This document shows positions 37,176 to 47,303 of a stretch of DNA of 62,417 nucleotides, piece by piece; position 1 is the first letter of the stretch, and each line of letters opens with the position of its first letter. The translations under genes were made by a program, and so were the position numbers. Where the stretch lies: assembly GCA_964400165.1 (NCBI GenBank), contig CAYNSX010000009.1:1-62417 (forward strand), read 5' to 3'. The notes under the pieces are model-generated. The model ran no database searches and had not been told where the DNA came from. It worked only from the letters and a program-made list of their open reading frames with translations. The DNA is from an uncultured bacterium. Lineage in GTDB: Bacteria; Armatimonadota; Hebobacteria; CAYNSX01.

Positions 37176-38804
37176 ATGAGGTGCTCGCGGAAGCGACTTC
37201 GACATTGGGCCGGGTTCGTCTTGGCGAGTGTGATGATATCGCCGTCCGCGGGGATGCCTGCAAGACGAGGGTTGTCGCCATTGTCATCCTGGCTGGTGAG
37301 CGTTGCAGAAGAGGAGGAGACGGAGTACAGCCGGACGCTCTGGCTGACGCAAGTGGCAGTGGCGTTGGGGATGTCGGGTCGGGTGAGTTCCGGTCGATCT
37401 GTCGGTGAACGAGCGTTGGAGCACGCGCGTTCAATCAGCGAAGTGCGTACGAAGGTCGGGGTGCTACGGTTGGCGTGCGGCAGTTTCAGATCCGGGGGAC
37501 TGGCTGCCACCGCGTATGACTGCGCGATGGAGGCGCTTCGGACGGCGCGCGGAGCGGGGGAAGATCGGGCCGAATTGCTGTGCGAGGCAGCGCCGCTTCT
37601 CAAAGCCTTCGGCCGGGGGGATTTGGCAGCCGCGGCCGTTGCATCGGTATTGCAAGACGCATCTGCTCTCGATTCGCTGTCGGTGAAAATCGCGCAGATT
37701 GCACTGGCTGTGGGAGCCGCAAGAGCCATTGATCGCCTCGACTTGGCGGAGATCGGCATCGCCGACATCTTCGCAATTTCCCATGCTCTGACCAGCGACG
37801 GACAGGATCAGCTCATCTTGGAGATCGCAGCTGATCGGTTCCTCCGATTTGGAGATTCTGAGAACGCCGTCCGGATGGCAAGTGCACTTCGTGATCCGGT
37901 CCGTCGGATCGGTTGGATGATTTCCGTGGGCAACATCATGTGCGACAGCGGGCAATTGACGAGAGGGACAGATCTCCTGCGGCAGGCGCTGGCCAGCCCG
38001 GATTTGCCTCGGGATGCTCCCTATGTTGAGCAGGCCCGTGCGAGGCTCGCCTCCCGGCCGGAGGGGCCACAAGACCCGACGGAGGCGCTCACTGCTGCAC
38101 GGCGCGTCCGTGAACCCGACCGACGGATTCGCGCGCTCGTGTCGCTGGCGCTGACTGGCCGGGAAACACGCCCGCGCGCGGCGATTGTCATGCTCGGCGA
38201 GGCCGAGTCGCTCTTGCCGAGCGTGACGGACGCACGCGCTCGCTTTGCCGCGCTTCTATCCGTGGCGACCGGCTATGACTATTGCGGGGTGCAGGCCAAG
38301 GTGGACCAGCTTCGTGAGCAGGCGGTGAAGGGTCTCCAGGATTTGCCGGCGGACGAGTCGGAAGCGGTTTCGTATGTTCTCGCTGCGTTCGCGGGGGATC
38401 TGGCCGAGTCCGGGGATACACGGGCCGTGCGTCAGTTCGTTCATCGACTCCGAACGACGAGTCTGCGGGATGCTGCGCGCGGGGCAAGTGCAATGACCTT
38501 TGCGCGCCGCGGGGAGTGCGCGGCTGCGGTGGGACTGACGAGTGAGATCGAGGATCGGGATCGGGCGGCGGCGTCGCTCCGGCACATCGTCGAGGACTTC
38601 ATCATGCGCCATCGATACGAATGTGCGATGGAAGCCCTTGAGGGATTGACGCGCGGGCGCGCCGGCAAGCCATTTGAAAGTGTCGGGCCCGACGCGCAGC
38701 TCGTCTTCCGACTGGGCATCGCTGTATTGAAGGAGGGGTTTCCCGCGCCCGAGGAGGCCAAGTGGGCGGCGCGGCTGCGGGGGGCGGCGGGAATACAGAA
38801 ATGA
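37176..38804 (+). CDS. Secreted alpha-helical repeat (TPR/HEAT-like) protein, array member 1
   Basis: Ala/Leu-rich helical repeats, LSPLSSW after the signal, and C-terminal KWAARLRGAAGIQK. The start is approximate. Confidence 0.7.
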   Translation: MRCSRKRLRHWAGFVLASVMISPSAGMPARRGLSPLSSWLVSVAEEEETEYSRTLWLTQVAVALGMSGRVSSGRSVGERALEHARSISEVRTKVGVLRLACGSFRSGGLAATAYDCAMEALRTARGAGEDRAELLCEAAPLLKAFGRGDLAAAAVASVLQDASALDSLSVKIAQIALAVGAARAIDRLDLAEIGIADIFAISHALTSDGQDQLILEIAADRFLRFGDSENAVRMASALRDPVRRIGWMISVGNIMCDSGQLTRGTDLLRQALASPDLPRDAPYVEQARARLASRPEGPQDPTEALTAARRVREPDRRIRALVSLALTGRETRPRAAIVMLGEAESLLPSVTDARARFAALLSVATGYDYCGVQAKVDQLREQAVKGLQDLPADESEAVSYVLAAFAGDLAESGDTRAVRQFVHRLRTTSLRDAARGASAMTFARRGECAAAVGLTSEIEDRDRAAASLRHIVEDFIMRHRYECAMEALEGLTRGRAGKPFESVGPDAQLVFRLGIAVLKEGFPAPEEAKWAARLRGAAGIQK

Positions 38805-38918
38805 GTGATGAATGATGAATAGGGACAGCGGGTGAAGCGATGAGGCGTATGCGTTGGTGGATGATCGGGATGGTGTGGTTTGTTTCCACAGCTCCGTCGG
38901 GCGCGGCGCCGGCGGCGG
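38763..38918 (+). repeat. ~160-bp junction direct repeat, copy A
   Basis: Gene end + (GATGAAT)n spacer + next gene's signal peptide. Nearly identical to 40457-40619. Confidence 0.88.
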
Positions 38919-40498
38919 CGGCGAGGGACTGGAAGGCGGCATTGAAGCCGCTGGCATCCACCGTGTGGGAGTTATCTGTGACCTTTCCGGATTCATCGGG
39001 TGAGGAAGGACGGGACGGAACGCTGTTGGACAGGGCGGTGCTGGCAATCGCCCGGCGCGGGGATGGTGAGCAGGCGCTGGCACTGGCGCGGTTGTCTTCC
39101 GAAGGGTACGACGCGGACATTCGCGAGATGTCGTTGGCGTATGACCGGGCGCAAGTTGCAGGGGCGTTGGCGGAGGGGGGATTCGTCGAGGCCGCGCTGC
39201 GTATGGCGAAAGAGGTGAGTCAGCCTGGCCACCGCGAGGACGCCTGGATAGCCGTGGCGACAGGATTCGCTCTCGCGGGGCGGCGAACCGAGGCCGAGTC
39301 AGTGATTGATGAGGAATTGACGCTGGAGGAGAGCGTCCGCGCCTGGCTGCGCATTGCCGACGGTCTCGAGGAGCGCGGTGTGCGCGATGCGGCGTGGCAC
39401 TATGTTGAACTTGTACGGGACGCAGTGTCCCACTTGGATGAATGGCAGCGGGCGGACCGTTTAGGAGAGGTGGCAGCCCTTTGCGCACGCATGGAGCGCG
39501 CTGATGTCTTTGACGGCCTGGCGGCGGGACTGAAGTCCCCGGTTCATCGGGACCGGTTCTATCGGAAGGCGGCATCTGCGTGTTCGAGTGCCAAACTGTT
39601 TCGTGATGCGGCTCGGCTGGCGGAGCAGATCCGCGATCCCGCGGAACGCGATAGTTCGTTGGCGAGCGTGTTGGGCTGGAGCGCTCGGTCTGGACATCCG
39701 GAGGTCGCCGTCGCGTTCGAGGGGCGGATCTGGCGTCCGTGGCTTCGGGTGGATGTTCTACAAGAGGCCGTCGAGGGCTTCGCCCGTGCGGGGAAGCGCG
39801 CCGAGGCGGAGCAATGCGTGGAGCGACTGTTGCGACTCCGGGAAGCCCCGCTCGACACGCAGGGGCGCCGCATGCCTGATAGTGTGATGGCGCACGCGCT
39901 GCTGGCAGTGGGGCGCATTGAGGAAGCGAAACCATTTCTCAATCCCATTGGGCTATTTCCGGACGGCATTGCGGACCGGGGTCTCCTGTTCGAGGCGTTG
40001 CTCGCGGCGGGGAGAGTGAACGAGGCGGAGGCGGTCTTGCGCGAAGTGCGCGACGCCCATCCCGCCCGGTTCGACTCGGGCGACGGCATCTTCGACGATG
40101 TGGAGTGGCTTGCGGAGTGGTTGGCTTGGAAGGGGCATAAACGAGAGGCGGTCGCGTTCGCGAATGGCTTTGGCAACGCATCCGAGAAGTCGCGAGCACG
40201 CCTTGGGATCACGATCGGGATGATTGGCACGGGCGATGTGAAGGCCGCGCTGGCGATGGCGCGCAGCGTGCCCGAGCTACCGTTCCGGGACATGGCGCTG
40301 TTGGCTGTTGCCGATTCGCAGGCGGAACATCGGGAGTTTGAGGGGGCGTTAGTGACCTGCCGGGCGATTGGCGCTCGCGCGCTGCGCGGAGAAGCAGCGT
40401 TCCGGCTGGGGGCGTACTTGCTGCACATCAAGCTTGCGGCTGCAGCAGAGAAGCGCTGGGCGGCGCGGCTGCGGGAGGCGGCGGGAATACAGAAATGA
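38840..40498 (+). CDS. Secreted alpha-helical repeat protein, array member 2
   Basis: MRRMRWWMIGMVWFVSTAP signal, helical repeats and C-terminal RWAARLREAAGIQK. Confidence 0.78.
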   Translation: MRRMRWWMIGMVWFVSTAPSGAAPAAAARDWKAALKPLASTVWELSVTFPDSSGEEGRDGTLLDRAVLAIARRGDGEQALALARLSSEGYDADIREMSLAYDRAQVAGALAEGGFVEAALRMAKEVSQPGHREDAWIAVATGFALAGRRTEAESVIDEELTLEESVRAWLRIADGLEERGVRDAAWHYVELVRDAVSHLDEWQRADRLGEVAALCARMERADVFDGLAAGLKSPVHRDRFYRKAASACSSAKLFRDAARLAEQIRDPAERDSSLASVLGWSARSGHPEVAVAFEGRIWRPWLRVDVLQEAVEGFARAGKRAEAEQCVERLLRLREAPLDTQGRRMPDSVMAHALLAVGRIEEAKPFLNPIGLFPDGIADRGLLFEALLAAGRVNEAEAVLREVRDAHPARFDSGDGIFDDVEWLAEWLAWKGHKREAVAFANGFGNASEKSRARLGITIGMIGTGDVKAALAMARSVPELPFRDMALLAVADSQAEHREFEGALVTCRAIGARALRGEAAFRLGAYLLHIKLAAAAEKRWAARLREAAGIQK

Positions 40499-40619
40499 GT
40501 GATGAATGATGAATGATGAAGTGGGACGGCGGGTGAAGCGATGAGGCGTATGCGTTGGTGGATGATCGGGATGGTGTGGTTTGCTTCCACAGCCCCGTTG
40601 AGCGCGGCGCCGGCGGCGG
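40457..40619 (+). repeat. ~160-bp junction direct repeat, copy B
   Basis: Near-identical to 38763-38918, with one extra GATGAAT unit. Confidence 0.88.
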
Positions 40620-42235
40620 ACGGGAGTTTGCGCGATTCTCCCCTCGTCATTGCATTGGCGGAGTTGGTGGCGGATTACCAGTGGGCGGAAGGGCAAGGAC
40701 TGACGCGGCTGGCGCACGCGGTGGCCAATTCGGGGGACTGCGAGACGGCGGCGCAGGTGGCGAGTCGGATTCCGTCGATGGCCAAGCGCTTTGAAGCGCT
40801 CCGGCAATTGGGGGACCGCAAGGACGCGACGGCGGAGTGGCGGCCGCGCTGCTGGCAGACGGCGGGCGAGACAGCACTGGGCATCACCGATTCGCGCGAG
40901 CGGAGCGAGGCGCTGCTGCTGCTGGCGGCGACGGCGGGGGAGCGCAGCGAGAACGCGGTGGCGGCGGTGGCGCTGACGGCGGCGCTCGACGCGATCGGGA
41001 CCTTGCGCGACGCGGGGACGCGCTTGCGATTGGGCGGGCAAGCGGCGCTGATGGCGGCGCAATTCGGCGGGCCCGAGATCGCGCGGCGCGCGACGGCGCT
41101 GATCGAAGATGATGTGACGCGGGTGGGGATGATGGACCCGTCGGCGGCGACGGGCTGGGGGTGGAGCGCGGCGGCGGTCGCAGCGCAATCGGGGAAGGAG
41201 CGCGGGGAGCAGTGGCTGGAGCGGTTTCCGTCGGAAATGTTCCGGCCGTTCGCGCGCGGGATGATGGCGGTGGGACTGGCGACGCTCGGCCGCGGCGAGA
41301 TGGCGCTCGAGGTGGCGCGGGCGATCGCGCCGCGTGCGGACGGATTCTTCGCGCTCTGGCAACTGTCTGAAGTGTTGATCGGCACCGACCAACTGGGCGC
41401 GGCGCGGGAGGCGGCGCACCTGACGGTAGAGGCGGCGCAGCAGACCGAGGCGCCGTACACGCGCATCGGCAACCTGCTGATTGCGATCCCGCTGCTGGCG
41501 ATGGTGGGCGAGGGGGCGGAAGCGGTGCGACTGGCGCAGGCGCAGGACGACGCGCTGGAAGCGGAGGCGCTGGTGGAGATCGCGTCGCGGCTGACGGGAT
41601 TGGGCGAGAACGAGCGGGCGCGCACCGCGCTCGATGCGGCGCTGGAGCGCGGGGCGCAACTGCCGCCGCTGGAGCGGGTCGAGATTCTGGAGAAGGCGAG
41701 TCGGGTGCTGTACCGGCTCGGCGAGGGGCCGCGGGCGCGGCGGTTGATTCTCGAGGAAGCGCTGCCGATTGCGACCGCAATCAGTGAAGCGGACCGGCGG
41801 CGCACGCTGCGGGGCGAGTTGGCGCGCACGCTGGTGGCGGTGGGCGGCACGGACGAGGGACTGGCGGTGGCGGAGGGGGTGCTCGCCGGCGTGACGGGCG
41901 AGAAGGAGACGGCGGAAGCGCGGTCGGCGGTGCTGTGGCACTTGCTGCAAGCGAACCGCCGTGACGACGCGCTGGCGCACGCGCGGGCGACGCCGGCGGG
42001 CGCGGCGCGCGACCGGGATCTGTATCTGGTGGCGTCGGCGTATGCGCAGCACGGCGCGTTCGAGCAAGCGCTGGCGGCGGCGCGAGAGATTGGGGCGTGG
42101 AGCGCGGCGGGGGGCGGGCCGCACGACCGGCAGACGGCGGCGTTGGACCTGGGGGTGCAGTTGCTGAATGTGAAGTTGACGGTGGAGGAGCAGCGGATGT
42201 GGGCGGAAAGGTTGCGGGCGTTGAAGAATGAATGA
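40541..42235 (+). CDS. Secreted alpha-helical repeat protein, array member 3
   Basis: MRRMRWWMIGMVWFASTAP signal, helical repeats and C-terminal MWAERLRALKNE. Confidence 0.78.
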   Translation: MRRMRWWMIGMVWFASTAPLSAAPAADGSLRDSPLVIALAELVADYQWAEGQGLTRLAHAVANSGDCETAAQVASRIPSMAKRFEALRQLGDRKDATAEWRPRCWQTAGETALGITDSRERSEALLLLAATAGERSENAVAAVALTAALDAIGTLRDAGTRLRLGGQAALMAAQFGGPEIARRATALIEDDVTRVGMMDPSAATGWGWSAAAVAAQSGKERGEQWLERFPSEMFRPFARGMMAVGLATLGRGEMALEVARAIAPRADGFFALWQLSEVLIGTDQLGAAREAAHLTVEAAQQTEAPYTRIGNLLIAIPLLAMVGEGAEAVRLAQAQDDALEAEALVEIASRLTGLGENERARTALDAALERGAQLPPLERVEILEKASRVLYRLGEGPRARRLILEEALPIATAISEADRRRTLRGELARTLVAVGGTDEGLAVAEGVLAGVTGEKETAEARSAVLWHLLQANRRDDALAHARATPAGAARDRDLYLVASAYAQHGAFEQALAAAREIGAWSAAGGGPHDRQTAALDLGVQLLNVKLTVEEQRMWAERLRALKNE

Positions 42236-42265
42236 TGAGTGAAAACGAGCAAGGCGATTGAAGCG

Positions 42266-43867
42266 ATGAGGCGATTTGCAGGGCACAGACGGCTGAGCAT
42301 CTTGATGTCGGTTGCGCTCGCCGTCGTGTGCACGCGGGATACGCTGGCTTCGTCGCAATTGAAATCCGGCGAGGCCGCGGCACGGACCGCGGAGGAAGTG
42401 CCACTCTCGCCGCTGGCTTCCGTGGCGTTGTCGGTGGCGACGGTCGGGGAGGGAAAGCTTGTTGCAGGCTGGGTGAGCGAGGTTGCGGTGGCCCTCGCTG
42501 AAGTGGGCTCCGTGGAAGAGGCACGCGCCCTCGTGACTCGCATCTCATTCCCGGCGGAACGGGCAGCCGCAGCATGTGCAGTGGCGGAGGCGCTCACCCG
42601 AAACGGACCGAATGAGACTGCGCGTCTCATGTTGGACGCGGCGGTGGCCGATGCGCGGACGGCGGGCACCGCCGATGTGCGGAGCAAACTGTTTGCGGCT
42701 GCGGCGGTCGGCTACCACAAGAACGGAGACCCTGGGACAGCCACGCGAGTGTTGAACCTGGCGAGAAGTGTCGGCCTCGGCGGCGAAGCGTGGAGGCGAT
42801 ACGCGTCGTTGCGCGAAGTGGCGGAAGCCGCGAACCGGATGGGCGACCGAGACGGCGCGATCCGCATTCTCCTCGAGGCGAACAGTTTGGCGAAGGCAGA
42901 TCCAGGACCGGCGGCGCTGGAGGAACGGCGCGCGGTGGTGTTCGCGTTGCTACAGATGGGGGCTGGGGCCGATGCGGTGCATGTTGCCGAGGAACTAGGT
43001 GGTGAACAGTTAGCGTGGTATTACGATCCGCTGGTCAAGTGGCTGATCAAGGAAGGACGGCTCGAGGAGGCCTTGCGGTTCGCGCGTGAATTGCCGCCGG
43101 CAGCGTTCCGCATCCATTCGATGGGGTTCGTCGCGGGCGCCCTGTCGGATACGGGACACCGGGCGGAGGCCCTTGCCCTGCTGGACGAGGCGGCAGCTCT
43201 GGCGCCGCTGCCCATTGCCTCGTCGAGTTATCCAGGCCAAGGCACCCTGTACATGTTTCTCTCCTTGGCGGCAGAAGCGGTGCAAGATTGGGACCGTGCG
43301 CTGATGTATGCGGGTTACAGCAACTCGTCGGTGCAGCCCGCGCATGTGGCTTGTGCGATGCACCGCGCTGGTGACGACGCGCGGGCGCGCAGCGTGTTGC
43401 GGGCGACCTTGGCAGGGACACCGGACGTCTATGCCCGCTTTCGTATTATTGAGGTGCTGTTCGACAACGGGTGGGAGGAAGAGGGAAGGGGCGAATTGCG
43501 CGACTGGGTGGCGGCCGAAGAGCAATCACTCAAAGACAATCGTAAGGCCGAGTTGCCGATTCGGTTTGTGGAGCTGATGTTGCGCGTTGGGCGGCTCGAT
43601 GACGCAATACGGTTGATAAAATCTCCAGGGGCGCGAGCGAATTACTATCCCGAACACTTAATTCCACCGTTGCTGGCGGCTGGACGAGTCAACGATGCCT
43701 TCGAGATGTTTGTGAAGCAGTGGGAGGGCAGTCGGTATGTGTCGGTCGCGTCCATGGGAGAGCAAAGCGCGATTCAGTTCATTGCAAATCTCATCCGGGC
43801 GCGGCTGCCGGCGGCGGAACTGGAGAGAATGGCCCGACGCGTGCGGGAGGTAGCGGGGGTGAAGTGA
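42266..43867 (+). CDS. Secreted alpha-helical repeat protein, array member 4
   Basis: The start context TGAAGCG-ATG-AGGCG matches members 2 and 3. LSPLASV follows the signal and the C-terminus is RMARRVREVAGVK. Confidence 0.75.
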   Translation: MRRFAGHRRLSILMSVALAVVCTRDTLASSQLKSGEAAARTAEEVPLSPLASVALSVATVGEGKLVAGWVSEVAVALAEVGSVEEARALVTRISFPAERAAAACAVAEALTRNGPNETARLMLDAAVADARTAGTADVRSKLFAAAAVGYHKNGDPGTATRVLNLARSVGLGGEAWRRYASLREVAEAANRMGDRDGAIRILLEANSLAKADPGPAALEERRAVVFALLQMGAGADAVHVAEELGGEQLAWYYDPLVKWLIKEGRLEEALRFARELPPAAFRIHSMGFVAGALSDTGHRAEALALLDEAAALAPLPIASSSYPGQGTLYMFLSLAAEAVQDWDRALMYAGYSNSSVQPAHVACAMHRAGDDARARSVLRATLAGTPDVYARFRIIEVLFDNGWEEEGRGELRDWVAAEEQSLKDNRKAELPIRFVELMLRVGRLDDAIRLIKSPGARANYYPEHLIPPLLAAGRVNDAFEMFVKQWEGSRYVSVASMGEQSAIQFIANLIRARLPAAELERMARRVREVAGVK

Positions 43868-43976
43868 CAGTCCCGGGTTAGTGGTTAGTCGGTAGTAGGA
43901 ACAGCGCGTGGGATCCGCGACGAAGCGTCCGACTCTTTCCGCGCCTCTCTCCCGGTGACCCTGTCGGTTGTTCATC

Positions 43977-44023
43977 TATAATCGGGGCGGCAGAGATTCT
44001 CGGTGCCCTTGGATCGGGTCGTC
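43977..44023 (+). pseudogene. Displaced copy of the uvrA promoter and first codons (relic 1)
   Basis: TATAATcggggcggcAGAGATTCTCG-GTGCCCTTGGATCGG versus TATAATcaagcgggAGAGATTCTCG-GTGCCCTTGGATCGG at 47279-47318. Confidence 0.75.
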
Positions 44024-44149
44024 CTCACCCCGGCTTCCTCCTTCGCCCTGCGGGCTTCGTAGGACAAGTCGCCACCCCTCTCCATTGCGATGGAGAGGGG
44101 CTTGTGAATGTGAACCCGCTGCTCTGCCTCAGCAGCATCTTCGCTCCTC

Positions 44150-44205
44150 TATAATCGGCGCGGGAGAGAGTCTCGGTGGCCTTGGAGCGCATAGCGGTGG
44201 GCGGC
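44150..44205 (+). pseudogene. Displaced, more diverged copy of the uvrA promoter and first codons (relic 2)
   Basis: TATAATcggcGCGGGAGAGAgTCTCG-GTG GCC TTG GAG CGC ATA GCG GTG GGC GGC encodes MALERIAVGG versus Uvr[11 protein letters not shown]. Confidence 0.68.
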
Positions 44206-44208
44206 GAG

Positions 44209-45768
44209 CTAGTTGGGTCGCAGGCCGACCGCGAACAGCGACGCGCCGCAGTGCACCAGGAGGAACCGGCCGTCGGCACTCGTATGGACTTCGAGGTGGT
44301 CGAAAGAGCGCCAGCGCGCGGGCGGGAGGGTGAGTCGCTGGGTTCGTCCGTCGCGCCACGCGACTTCCAGAACGGCACGGTAACCGTTGGTCCCCTCGGG
44401 CGCATGGAGCAACGCGGCGTAGTCGCCGGCGGGCGACAAGCAGAGCAATGGGTCGTCGGGCGTTTCCTGGGTGTTACGCCGCCCGGGTTGAATGTGCAGG
44501 GGCAACTCTTGGCGTGTCACGCCGAGCGGTGTCTCGGTAAGCGGTGGGTCGCCCGGCCTGGCCACGCCGGTGTCGGGCTTTGGCTTCAGACTTAGCAGGA
44601 CAATGCGGTTCTCTCGTTCATACGCAATGAGGAGTTCATCCGGCGGCGAGGCCACGGCGAGCCGGGAGAGCGTACTCGATGGGACATCCGCTTGCAGTCC
44701 CACCCCATACGGTTCGGTCGTCTGTTCGACGACATCGAGGGAGAGTTTCCAGATGAGGAGTCCGTAGCGATCCACCACGCGGATCTCGCCGGACCTGCTG
44801 AAGGCCGCCGGCATCACAGCGGCCTCGACGCGCCCGCCCCGCTCGAATCGCTCGACCGCCGACGGGGCGGAGTCGGACGCGGGGCGGTCGGCACGGTATG
44901 CGACAAACCCATCGGGTGTCACAACGGGTGTGGCTTTCGGATCGAAGCGGCCCGACTGTTCCCAGACGCGGCGGCCGTCACGGTCGAGCCGGGTGATGGT
45001 GTCTCCGGCGAGGACGACCCCGAAGGGGTCGGTCGTCAGATATGCATGCTGCAGGAAAGCGTGCATTTGCTGACCGTCTGGGAGCGGCCACCAGGTTCGA
45101 TTGGCCGCTTTGTCATAGATGGCTTCGAGCCGCCATCGGACGGCCCCGTTCTTCAATTCGATGAGGGTGGGTGTCTCTTTCGCCCCTTCCCATCCCCATT
45201 CCACGAGGAGCGCGTGCCCGGCGGCGGCGGCGAAGGGGAATCCGAGCGTCCCTTCGCCCGGACTGCCGTAGGCCTTCCCCTCGGTCTCGCGTCGCCAGCG
45301 CACGCGTCCGCTCGGCTCGAAGCAAATGAGGCCCCCGTGATACGAACTCGGAATGGCATCGCCCGGAGACGGGTGCTCGGGGTCGCGCCAGAAATCGAGC
45401 AGCACTTCGCCGCCTTCGTGAGAGACACAGGGTGTTCCAAGATTCTCTGCTTCTGCGGCCCGGTATTCCCAGCGCAAGGTGCCCGCCCGGGTCAGGCAGA
45501 GCAGGCGGTTGGCTCCGGAGAGATTCGTCGACTCAGCCACGAGTTGACCGGCAAGTGCTGGTCGCGCGAATCCGACAGCAATGATCTGGCCGTCGGCGGA
45601 CATGCTGGTCGAGAACGGCGTGTCCCAGTGCCGCTGCCACGCGAGCGCAAAACGGCCCGCCGCTGGCGCGGAGCCGGCAGTGCCGTTCGCGGCAGCGAGG
45701 GCGAGGAAGACTGTCGCGAACACTGCGGCGCGCCCGCACCCCCGAATGGAAGTGCACAAGTTGTTCAT
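44209..45768 (-). CDS. Secreted protein, probable beta-propeller (PQQ/WD40-like blades)
   Basis: Signal peptide and recurring G.xxW blades (AGTLRWEY, SGRVRWRR, NGAVRWRL, DGRRVWEQ, YGLLIWKL), plus SADG motifs at both ends. Confidence 0.62.
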   Translation of the reverse strand: MNNLCTSIRGCGRAAVFATVFLALAAANGTAGSAPAAGRFALAWQRHWDTPFSTSMSADGQIIAVGFARPALAGQLVAESTNLSGANRLLCLTRAGTLRWEYRAAEAENLGTPCVSHEGGEVLLDFWRDPEHPSPGDAIPSSYHGGLICFEPSGRVRWRRETEGKAYGSPGEGTLGFPFAAAAGHALLVEWGWEGAKETPTLIELKNGAVRWRLEAIYDKAANRTWWPLPDGQQMHAFLQHAYLTTDPFGVVLAGDTITRLDRDGRRVWEQSGRFDPKATPVVTPDGFVAYRADRPASDSAPSAVERFERGGRVEAAVMPAAFSRSGEIRVVDRYGLLIWKLSLDVVEQTTEPYGVGLQADVPSSTLSRLAVASPPDELLIAYERENRIVLLSLKPKPDTGVARPGDPPLTETPLGVTRQELPLHIQPGRRNTQETPDDPLLCLSPAGDYAALLHAPEGTNGYRAVLEVAWRDGRTQRLTLPPARWRSFDHLEVHTSADGRFLLVHCGASLFAVGLRPN

Positions 45769-45796
45769 GGTGTCTCCACTGCGCGCTTGGCGCGCC

Positions 45797-47107
45797 TCAT
45801 TGGATCACCTGAACGATGATCTTCAGGGCGGGATGGCGCCCGTCGGCATCGAAGACGGTCAGGTCTGTCGCTTCGATTTCGATCCACCCCGTGTCACGCC
45901 CAATGTGGTACTCGACTCGCGCCGTTCCGGACTGCGCGGTGGCGGACCGGCGGTTCGACAGGAAACCGAAATCGCCGGCGGGCGGAGTGGACTCGTCTGC
46001 GTTGAAGCGCAGCGTGAGGGCGTCGTCCCACACTCGCGTCATGCGCCAGGCGATGTCATGGCTCCGCAGCGGGGTCGAGCGCCCCACGGACAGCATGATC
46101 GGGGTGGTTTCGTAGTCGCCGGGAAACATGCGGTGGAAATCCGAGTAGATGCTGTAGTCCGGCACGACCTGTCGAACCGCGGCGCGCCGTGTCCGAGTCC
46201 CGGCGGTGACGGTGACCGACGCCAGGCCTTCCTGGTCCGAGGAGTCGAGCAGTGCCCTGGCATAGCCATCGGCGTCCGTCGTGGCGAGCGCGGGGGAGAA
46301 GCGCGCCCGCCGGCGCACAGACGGCGCGGTGACTGCGAAGCGGACCGATGCGCCGGGCACTGGACGGCCCCGGCGATCCGTGAGCCGGGCCAGCACGAGC
46401 GCTTGCTGCGCATAGTTACCCTGACCGCCGGCGGCAATCTGCGGGGCGGTGACATGCACTTCGAGGCCTGCGGCGGGGACGAGCGCAAAATCTGTGGTTA
46501 CTTCCTCCCCGCGGACTTCGATATAGCGGAACTCTGTGGCATATCCCAGAGCGCTGCATTTCAGCAGATGGGTGCCCGTGGACATTTGATAGAGCCGGTA
46601 TCCGCCCTCATCCGAAAGCGGAGCGCCGTTGAACCATCCGGGCCCCTCTGAGTGTATCTCTCCGTCGCGAATGGGCTTGTGTGTCGCGGCATCAGTCACT
46701 TGGCCACTGACTTCTGTGAGGAGGGGTTCGAGCCCGACGCGCAGCCAGTTGACTTGTGGAAAGATGAGCTCACCGAGGCGCGCGGCCGGTCGGTGTCCGG
46801 GGCAGGATACGGTCACATCATAGGAACCGGTGGGGAGCGGTCCCATCAGGCACCGTCCGTACCGATCGGATCGACCGACGAGGGTGGCAGGTCCTTGGAG
46901 GCGGATCTCCGCATCGCCGAGTGCGTCATCCCCGATGCTGACTATTTCGACAAGCAACAGCCCGCGCACCGGTGGAAGCGTTTCGACAGGCCCAACCGAT
47001 TCGGGGGACGCGTGTGCTCCGAGGACTAGGAGCGAGAACGCCGCGCCGGCCACAAGATTGAAGCCGGGCGAGCGAAACCGCCGTTCTGACTCAATGTGGG
47101 GCGACAC
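45797..47107 (-). CDS. Secreted protein with carboxypeptidase-regulatory-like beta-sandwich domains and an Ig-like domain
   Basis: [69 protein letters not shown]. Confidence 0.62.
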   Translation of the reverse strand: MSPHIESERRFRSPGFNLVAGAAFSLLVLGAHASPESVGPVETLPPVRGLLLVEIVSIGDDALGDAEIRLQGPATLVGRSDRYGRCLMGPLPTGSYDVTVSCPGHRPAARLGELIFPQVNWLRVGLEPLLTEVSGQVTDAATHKPIRDGEIHSEGPGWFNGAPLSDEGGYRLYQMSTGTHLLKCSALGYATEFRYIEVRGEEVTTDFALVPAAGLEVHVTAPQIAAGGQGNYAQQALVLARLTDRRGRPVPGASVRFAVTAPSVRRRARFSPALATTDADGYARALLDSSDQEGLASVTVTAGTRTRRAAVRQVVPDYSIYSDFHRMFPGDYETTPIMLSVGRSTPLRSHDIAWRMTRVWDDALTLRFNADESTPPAGDFGFLSNRRSATAQSGTARVEYHIGRDTGWIEIEATDLTVFDADGRHPALKIIVQVIQ

Positions 47108-47303
47108 CTTCGTAGCCGTTGCCCGACCATTCTATACCTCGGCTGGGGACCCGTTCAGGGGAAGCGAATGGGCGGCACTGGACAGCGGTCGGGGCGTTCG
47201 GGCGGATTCGGTTCTCTGTCCGATGGGGAGGGACTTCGTTCGATGTGGAGGTGGGGGAGGTGACTCGTTCGAAGTCCGTATAATCAAGCGGGAGAGATTC
47301 TCG

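Noticed and set aside
46830..47303. N-terminal extension of UvrA in the ORF track (likewise LigA from 27857, DUF559 from 21172, AroQ from 4157, PurN from 26254, adaptor from 62194)
   Set aside because: Family similarity starts at downstream codons, usually preceded by a -10 box or coupled to the previous stop. The extensions cross repeats or other genes.
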